From the NCBI GenBank assembly GCA_031290175.1, contig JAITOC010000057.1:1-52207 (forward strand): a DNA stretch of 52,207 nucleotides. The letters run 5' to 3'. Each line of letters opens with the position of its first letter. Position 1 is the first letter of the stretch. Both the position numbers and the translations under genes were made by a program. Below are positions 47,101 to 52,207 of this stretch, in pieces. The notes beneath the pieces were generated by a model, which searched no databases, was not told the DNA's origin, and saw nothing but the letters and a program-made list of their open reading frames with translations. This DNA comes from Coriobacteriales bacterium (lineage in GTDB: Bacteria > Actinomycetota > Coriobacteriia > Coriobacteriales > UBA8131).

Positions 47101-49243
47101 GCGGTTCCGCTACGACATAGACTTCCGTTCGACCGCGAATACGGACTGCACTGAGTTTGTCGTCGATGATCCGCTGGAAAATGTCGGAACCCTTGATCAG
47201 GTACGGGTTGAGGAGCTTTGGACAGCAGTGGTCTGGGGCGATAAAGACGGCAGGTTCAATGTCTGGTACAAGACCAACAAGACAGACGACTCGGCTGACT
47301 ATGACATAAGCACGCTCAGCGCCGATTCTGGTGTCCTGGCTTTTCCCAACACCGGCTTCAAACTCTGGGCAGCGTTTGATGACGCTACGAGTAGCAGTTA
47401 TACAGAAAGTGGCGTTATTCCGCGCCATCGGCTGAGCCTTCCCGAGGGTCTTGCTGATGATGAGTACATTACCGCTATCCGTTTTGAATACGGGGAAGTC
47501 TCGATAGGATTTACCAGCAAGAATTATTCTGATGTCTCGAAAAACGGGGAACACCGTGATAGCGAAGGCAACGTCGCGCTTCCCTCGGAGAAGGCGTCAG
47601 CCCTCAAGCTCCTCTCCACCTCGGATCCCTTCTCCCCGAGCTTGGCGATGGGCGAAGCAATCACCAAGACATCGCTTGATTGGACGCCGCAGACCATACG
47701 GTCGGACTTCGCACAGGGAGCACTCGATGCACCTGGACTCAAGCCAGCCTCCTATCTCGTATCAGCGACGCGACTCATGGAGGATGATGACATCGTATCC
47801 TCCGCATCTGCCCGTATAGCTTTAGCCGAGATGCGTGACCTCGACCAGGATGCTGTAGTTACCAAAGAGATTGGAACGTTCAAGACGCTCCCCATCACCC
47901 CCAATTTCGAAATCGGTCTGGACAAGACCAGCAGCGAAGTAAACGATGATTTGAAAGTTAACCAACGGACTGTCTGGGGTGGTCTTCCTTTGACGGGCGA
48001 TGACATCGTTTTATTGGTAGTGGGTCTCGTGCTTTGTCTCATAGGTCTTTGCTTCATAGTCGCGAGCAGGCGACGCTTGAGGCTTGAGAGCGACTCAAGC
48101 GGTTTGCTCGCATCCGCGTCCGCAGGAGTTCACCGAAGGCCGACTTCGACCGAACCGACCGTGTCTGTGGAGGCTCGCCTGGGGCAGTACGAGAAAAGCC
48201 CCTCGCGTGCAGGCATGCACAGTCGTCGTCGAAGGCTCCGCTTTAAGTGGCTTCCTATCACCAGTGGCTTCCTGCTTATGTTGGGCGTCTTGGTCTCGCA
48301 CGCCTTTGCTGAACCCGTCTCCACTGTTCCTGCAGACAGCTTGGTCAATGTCGAGTACCGTTATCTGGAGGGTGAAAGTGTCGATATGCCGCAGGAGATA
48401 GTTCAGTACGGACAGCGCTATCGCCTTGTGAGCCAAACTGAACCAACACTTGAAAACATGCTCCCCACGACGCGTACGTATACATACCGTGTCTACGGAA
48501 AATTGACCGAGGAGGGGCTTGCGGAGGCAAAGGCGTTGCCCGGCGTGAGCATCGTCCCCGTCGATCTCGTCTTTGAGCGACAGGTTGAGGGAAGAGGGAT
48601 CATCGAAGGTCTGAGCGATAACGATGTCGATAACCCTGACCTGCCCACCAAGGGGCTGTTCTCCGTCACTTCAGCAGATGCAGCTACGGGGACAGTTCAG
48701 TCTGAGCTCAGCCGTGCTGGAGTAGCGTACGAGGTGACCAGCTATGATGAGTTCGGTCTGCCAGAAACGTACAAGGCAACACTCGTGTTTCGTGGAATCG
48801 AGTCTTTCAAGGACTTCGGATATTACGAGGTCAATGCGCAGTACACCTCAACTGAGCAGATTGGCGAGAAGGCGCAGTATGTCATCGTTGCAACCTATGA
48901 ACCGGTCGACTTGGTAATCACGACTCCAGAAGGAGCTTGGCAGGCAGGTATCGATCCTTCTGCCGGAAGCGCGACAGGCGAGCAGTCCAGTGACGCTGCA
49001 GCTGATGGGCAAGACGAGGGCTCGGGGCAGCTCGGGCTGACCCCTCCCGTAACGGTTCCGAACAAGCCGCCTGTGGCTGATGGCATGGCGGGGAACGTTC
49101 TTGCCGGTATCCCCGATGGTGAAGTTGCTTTGGCGGGTCAGCCAGGGTCTCCTGCCCTTGCGCTTATAGCCGTCTTTATCGGGCTGGTGCTCATAGCGCT
49201 GCTCACAGTCTTCCTGTGGAGGAGGAAGCGGGCAGGCAAGTAA
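44171..49243 (+). CDS. 1690-aa surface protein: SpaA/DUF11-like adhesin with internal LPLTG signal, fused to a second exported membrane-anchored domain
   Basis: N-terminal signal peptide; KLDPQGNPLPGAHF / ETHPPRGF SpaA-like domain; DVALRK and Asp-rich DIDSIPD..DEDDSD; LPLTG at 47984-47998 + TM + RRR; second signal MHSRRRR...SHAFA at 48215; final TM + RRKR. Confidence 0.85.
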   Translation: MKLQSISAALAKGLATALVVLVVTAGIPFVGLAFGNETVRGSGVAGTAPADSDAQSAPDSSAIRTLDPVLAAETSNAGALSASGVVSEDALIPVEQENSDQANDTTSSEGADGAEVDISGFTILSADLTDQINLQTGFFYFDMALQEFVRVPPSFLFMNDQVASRYRIKADWDLAGGVIVEEGSSFRIPISFEGSDMRFGNVLPISFKGIDQTSGQEFQLGTITLKHTDALGNLLDTPLTEPGSYFALIATFDSGAFSALNNIKGEFFIDCEIYPEEGTEYDEFKWTVGNETGEGSTQEPYVPPIVGEPGWSTKEDFKKLSQLDANNAMVLNSLYINEQRESFSTYGSSVKLADTIGPGQVLSQHYVWVDGSGFDQSYAPQTVDYARGIFGSTVTASEGAPAYFKMLAIDWEHAYQILYDVQRGRNKSSLAGYPITNPASIPNLSYELQQKYLIVVRSATWAIITRAVGGDSISQAQGALIFGTDFSYLNSNPAYATYRATYGDFTDFEDVLAYFLTPVDPAALNSIEVDETSFTLDFKDKALDKQTLFISYLTKVFDPLQSLLSNSANIDWKGSPRPVYSSTTNTTGGGVVTGDTNTIMLHKLDPQGNPLPGAHFNVSRYAADDIELTTPLFSEDLILGNDGAWASTDRLGTYTKEDQIVITETHPPRGFLPIPEAKIVLHIDPEHNYAVVSCTPVPSGGGADGVPWLHVSVTNNGSVHIYVIDQLDQQLSLYDVALRKWIVRVNDTAVTDDAATQGLPSPVVQVDYNDYVTFKIRVFNQCEEPLIAAEITDYFPRWLLWDEDLASVENAGWSLVPGAGGARDLLVYDWSDYPTGAPVLTPNTSTEPGVYSEGSYADVYLTLRVSPSAPAGDVFTNLAEVSRLTDEDGAAVVDIDSIPDQDPENDGAVWDNVIDGNAKDPSASGADKDEDDSDLAEVIIPKAISCEVDKDTINRTSAAYVSLPGQEGFDNVGKEDERFRYDIDFRSTANTDCTEFVVDDPLENVGTLDQVRVEELWTAVVWGDKDGRFNVWYKTNKTDDSADYDISTLSADSGVLAFPNTGFKLWAAFDDATSSSYTESGVIPRHRLSLPEGLADDEYITAIRFEYGEVSIGFTSKNYSDVSKNGEHRDSEGNVALPSEKASALKLLSTSDPFSPSLAMGEAITKTSLDWTPQTIRSDFAQGALDAPGLKPASYLVSATRLMEDDDIVSSASARIALAEMRDLDQDAVVTKEIGTFKTLPITPNFEIGLDKTSSEVNDDLKVNQRTVWGGLPLTGDDIVLLVVGLVLCLIGLCFIVASRRRLRLESDSSGLLASASAGVHRRPTSTEPTVSVEARLGQYEKSPSRAGMHSRRRRLRFKWLPITSGFLLMLGVLVSHAFAEPVSTVPADSLVNVEYRYLEGESVDMPQEIVQYGQRYRLVSQTEPTLENMLPTTRTYTYRVYGKLTEEGLAEAKALPGVSIVPVDLVFERQVEGRGIIEGLSDNDVDNPDLPTKGLFSVTSADAATGTVQSELSRAGVAYEVTSYDEFGLPETYKATLVFRGIESFKDFGYYEVNAQYTSTEQIGEKAQYVIVATYEPVDLVITTPEGAWQAGIDPSAGSATGEQSSDAAADGQDEGSGQLGLTPPVTVPNKPPVADGMAGNVLAGIPDGEVALAGQPGSPALALIAVFIGLVLIALLTVFLWRRKRAGK

Positions 49244-49334
49244 GTAAGATTAACTCCATCCATTCTAATATGAGTTAACTTATAATATTGCTATACTTAT
49301 GAATGATGACTGGGATACCCGTGAATAGGAAAGG

Positions 49335-49552
49335 GTGGACACATTGAGCACGTCTATAGACCCTACGAGAGAAAAAGGCACAACGCGGGTGAAGACCGGC
49401 TTTGCGGAGATGATGAAGGGCGGCGTCTTTATCCGCGCCCCGCGCTTCAAAGGGCTCGCCGCCGCCGTGGAGGTGCTCTCAGCAACCCCCCAGGGTGAGT
49501 GCGCCAAGGCAGTGTTCTGGCGGTCACCCTCCACCCCGAACTGACCCCCTGA
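49335..49552 (+). pseudogene. Chimeric remnant of pdxS (5' end) and pdxT (3' part)
   Basis: KGTTRVKTGFAEMMKGGV (PdxS N-terminus) runs into GVFIRAP...VEVLS (PdxT). After a frameshift, VRQGSVLAVTLHPELTP* (PdxT HPE motif). Confidence 0.85.
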
Positions 49553-49771
49553 ACTGCACCAGCACGTCATTCCAGTTCAGGGGGTCAGTACATTGGCAAG
49601 GAAACTCCGCACCCGATGCTCATTCCTATGCATTCAGCGCGAGAACCCCGGATAGTTTTGAGGGTTCAAGCTCTTATCCGGTCGGCTCGCGCTAACGAAT
49701 GCACAGCACTGAGCATCTGCTCCGCGATTCCTTGCCAACGCACTGACCCCCTGAACTGCAACAGCACGTCA
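49540..49771. repeat. REP/REPIN-like cluster: three copies of ACTGACCCCCTGAACTG (forward, reverse, forward) with a long palindromic spacer
   Basis: Copies at 49540-49556, 49573-49589 (inverted) and 49742-49758. 30-bp direct repeat with 1 mismatch. Nested inverted segments across 49593-49738. Confidence 0.75.
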
Positions 49772-49805
49772 AAGTGCAAGTTGATTTGACGAATCGGATT
49801 TTTTG

Positions 49806-49848
49806 CCTTAATATAATGACAATTATAATAATATGCATTATATTAAGG
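49806..49848. promoter_or_regulatory. Perfect 13-bp inverted repeat over the promoter/RBS of the ATPase gene
   Basis: CCTTAATATAATG-17 bp-CATTATATTAAGG. TATAAT at 49812 and 49824. Right arm overlaps AAGGAG. Confidence 0.7.
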
Positions 49849-49859
49849 AGAGAGCTGTC

Positions 49860-51176
49860 ATGCACTTTGTCAACCGCGTCAATGAGCTCAAAACCCTTAC
49901 TGCAACGCTGCAGCGCTCGAAGCAAAACGCCCAGTTCACACTGGTGACCGGACGTCGTCGTGTGGGAAAAACCGCCCTGTTGTTAGAGCATTTGAAGGGC
50001 ATCGAAGGCAAGACGCTCTATCTGTACGTCGCCCGTAAAAGCGAGACACTTCTGGTCGTCGATTTTCAGCAAGCAGCCGAAGCCGAGCTTGGACTCAAAA
50101 TTTTTGGCACCCTCACGTCGTTCAGCGACTATTTTGAGCAGCTGCTCATCTATGCGCAGCAGGAGCACCTGACTCTGGTTTTGGATGAATTCCAAGACTT
50201 TGATCGTGTGAACAAGAGCATTTTCGGTAGCATTCAAAACCTTTGGGACCGCTACAAGGATTCGGCGCACATCAATCTGATAGTCTCGGGCTCAATCTAC
50301 GCGCTCATGGTAAAGCTATTCGAAGACGACAAGGAGCCCCTATTTGGTCGCCTGACCAGTAAACTCATTTTGCAGCCGTTCACGACTGAAATCATAAAAT
50401 CGGTATTGTATGACTATAACCCAACATGCAACAGTGAGGATCTGCTCTTTCTCTACGCGCTCAGCGGAGGCAGCCCTCGGTACCTTGCTTTGTTGATCGA
50501 TGCTGAAGCCACCGACCGCGCGTCCATGCTCTCCTACATCGCGAGTAACGGCTCGCCTTTTCTCTCGGACGGTAAGGACATCCTCGTCTCAGAGTTCGGC
50601 AAGGATTATGCGACCTACTTTTCCATCCTGCAATTAATCGCCAGTGGCAAAACGTCGCAAAGCGCCATCGACTTGATAATCGGCAAAACCACGGGCGCTT
50701 ACCTTCAGAATCTGGAGAAAGACTATTCCCTCATCGCGCCGCAACGCCCACTGTTTGCAAAGCCCCAGAGCCGTACCGTCAAGTGGCGCATTATAGACCG
50801 CTATCTGGTTTTCTGGTTTCGCTTCGTCTTTGCCAATCAAGGGCTTATCGAGATGGGGCGCTTCGATTTGCTGCAACAGAGCATAGAGCAGCACTACTCG
50901 ACGTTCAGCGGTTTGGCCTTGGAGGATTACTTCAGAGCCAAGCTCGCTGAAGAGGGGCGCTACACGCGCATCGGTGCCAGCTGGGACAACAAGGGTTTGG
51001 CTGAAATCGACATACTTGCCCTCAATGACCTGGATAAGACTGCCTTGGTTGCCGAAGTAAAGCGCAATGCAAAGAAAATCAATCTTGCAGCATTACGAGT
51101 GAAAGCCGACAGTCTGACCAATGAGCTCGCAGCCTACGAAGTGAGCTATCAGGGCTTCAGCATGGCGGATATGTGA
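49860..51176 (+). CDS. Archaeal-type AAA ATPase with wHTH, DUF234 and C-terminal PD-(D/E)xK-like region
   Basis: FVNRVNEL, GRRRVGKT, LDEFQ, PLFGR, GGSPRYL, FWFRFV, EIDI...AEVK. Lower GC than the backbone. Confidence 0.88.
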   Translation: MHFVNRVNELKTLTATLQRSKQNAQFTLVTGRRRVGKTALLLEHLKGIEGKTLYLYVARKSETLLVVDFQQAAEAELGLKIFGTLTSFSDYFEQLLIYAQQEHLTLVLDEFQDFDRVNKSIFGSIQNLWDRYKDSAHINLIVSGSIYALMVKLFEDDKEPLFGRLTSKLILQPFTTEIIKSVLYDYNPTCNSEDLLFLYALSGGSPRYLALLIDAEATDRASMLSYIASNGSPFLSDGKDILVSEFGKDYATYFSILQLIASGKTSQSAIDLIIGKTTGAYLQNLEKDYSLIAPQRPLFAKPQSRTVKWRIIDRYLVFWFRFVFANQGLIEMGRFDLLQQSIEQHYSTFSGLALEDYFRAKLAEEGRYTRIGASWDNKGLAEIDILALNDLDKTALVAEVKRNAKKINLAALRVKADSLTNELAAYEVSYQGFSMADM

Positions 51177-51277
51177 CCGTTGGGGTGTGTCGCCGGTGCG
51201 CCACCCGACAAACTGGCAACACGCTATCTACTGGCAATACGCTGTTTATGAGAGCTGCCCTTGATTGGGCGCACCCC

Positions 51278-51784
51278 TCAGAGCAAGATGCCTTCCAGTT
51301 TGAGCAGGGCGGCCTTCTTGTCGAGCCCGCCGGCGTAGCCGGTGAGGGAGCCGGTGGAGCCTACCACACGGTGGCAGGGGATGAGGATCGAGATAGGGTT
51401 GTGACCTACGGCGCCGCCCACCGCCTGAGCGCTGACCTTCTTAACGCCGGTTTCCCGAGCGATCTGCGCAGCGATGGCACCGTAGGTAGTGGTAGTGCCG
51501 TGGGGTATCGCGCGGAGAATGTCCCAGACGCGGCGACGGAAGGTGGAGCCACCCTGAGGGTCGAGGGGAAAGTCGATAGGCTTGTTCTCGCCTTTGAAGT
51601 AGGCGTCGAGCCAGTCCTGGGCGGCGTTGAGCAGGGGGTGGTCGGGGGCGGAGAGCCACGCGGGCTTATCGGCAGGGAAGTACTTCTGCCCGTCGAACCA
51701 GATGCCGACAAGAGCGGTGTCGGAAGCCGAGGCGGTGATGGAGCCGAGCGGCGTGGCTATGGAGCGGGTGTAGAGGGCGGTCAT
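51278..51784 (-). CDS. ogt: Methylated-DNA--protein-cysteine S-methyltransferase
   Basis: TPLG, IPHGTTTTYG, AQAVGGAVGHNP, IPCHRVVG, GYAGG. Confidence 0.95.
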   Translation of the reverse strand: MTALYTRSIATPLGSITASASDTALVGIWFDGQKYFPADKPAWLSAPDHPLLNAAQDWLDAYFKGENKPIDFPLDPQGGSTFRRRVWDILRAIPHGTTTTYGAIAAQIARETGVKKVSAQAVGGAVGHNPISILIPCHRVVGSTGSLTGYAGGLDKKAALLKLEGILL

Positions 51785-51965
51785 GATTCCCCCTTGGGAT
51801 GGATTGGGATATGGCGAGGGGCTGCGCCTGCTTTGGCGGGCTTGGCTTTATCCACATCCCAGAGGTATCCGAGCGTGCAGAAGTGGGATCAGGTCATCGC
51901 TTTCCCGCAGAAGAAAGTAGCAGGTGATAAGGGCGCAAGGTGATAGGGCATCGCAACAACAGGTT

Positions 51966-52175
51966 CTAATGCTCCACGCCAATCATCACCGAGGATGCCT
52001 TTATGACGGCATAGGCCTCCTGACCTGGCACCAGCGCTAGGTCATCTACGGCGGCATTGGAGATGCTGGCTGTAATCAGGTTGTCACCAATCCTGATGGC
52101 AACGTAACTGGTGACAGCGCCCTTTTCGATTTTCTCGATAACACCCTTGAGCTGATTGCGAGCAGATAACTTCAT
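51966..52175 (-). CDS. TOBE/Mop domain molybdate-binding protein
   Basis: MKLSARNQLKG, ITASIS, L.L.PG.EAYAVIKASSV. RBS AGAGGA. Confidence 0.92.
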   Translation of the reverse strand: MKLSARNQLKGVIEKIEKGAVTSYVAIRIGDNLITASISNAAVDDLALVPGQEAYAVIKASSVMIGVEH

Positions 52176-52207
52176 GGTGGTTCCTCTTCTCAGTAGAGCC
52201 TCCCCTG

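Noticed and set aside
51173-51943. 256-aa ORF following the ATPase, with an 18-bp tandem repeat near 51212-51245
   Set aside because: Antisense to ogt, which has clear motifs; the repeat is two copies in an intergenic gap.

Overview
GC-rich chromosomal window whose gene content points to Coriobacteriia, Eggerthellaceae-like (Tat flavoprotein facing a multi-TM LuxR regulator; secA-prfB-tkt-ftsEX-S41-rnr-smpB-ssrA synteny). The taxon is inferred, not searched. The housekeeping backbone is tRNA-Gln/tRNA-Glu, secA, prfB, split transketolase, ftsEX, S41 protease, rnr, M42 peptidase, smpB, tmRNA, polA, amt-PII, a NitT/TauT ABC transporter, pheST, rarD and ogt. The most unusual items: (1) a cell-surface locus (4382-13960) with an RHH-like protein, a coiled-coil membrane protein, two membrane-anchored proteins, a 1395-aa LPDMG adhesin and a degenerate-NTPase/BTAD regulator; (2) a 1690-aa ORF (44171-49243) joining homologs of two of those genes, with an internal LPLTG sorting signal followed by a second signal peptide, i.e. 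a candidate polyprotein; (3) two small cassettes behind tRNA-Glu and tmRNA that duplicate 64-69 bp of the RNA 3' end plus flank around a shared palindrome + 2x GCGAAGC core, in opposite orientations; (4) a pdxS-pdxT operon collapsed into a chimeric remnant next to a ~190-nt REPIN-like hairpin; (5) a decayed duplicate of a two-lipoprotein operon that left a 51-aa mini-lipoprotein; (6) hicAB between smpB and ssrA. No CRISPR array, integrase, transposase or sortase gene was seen.
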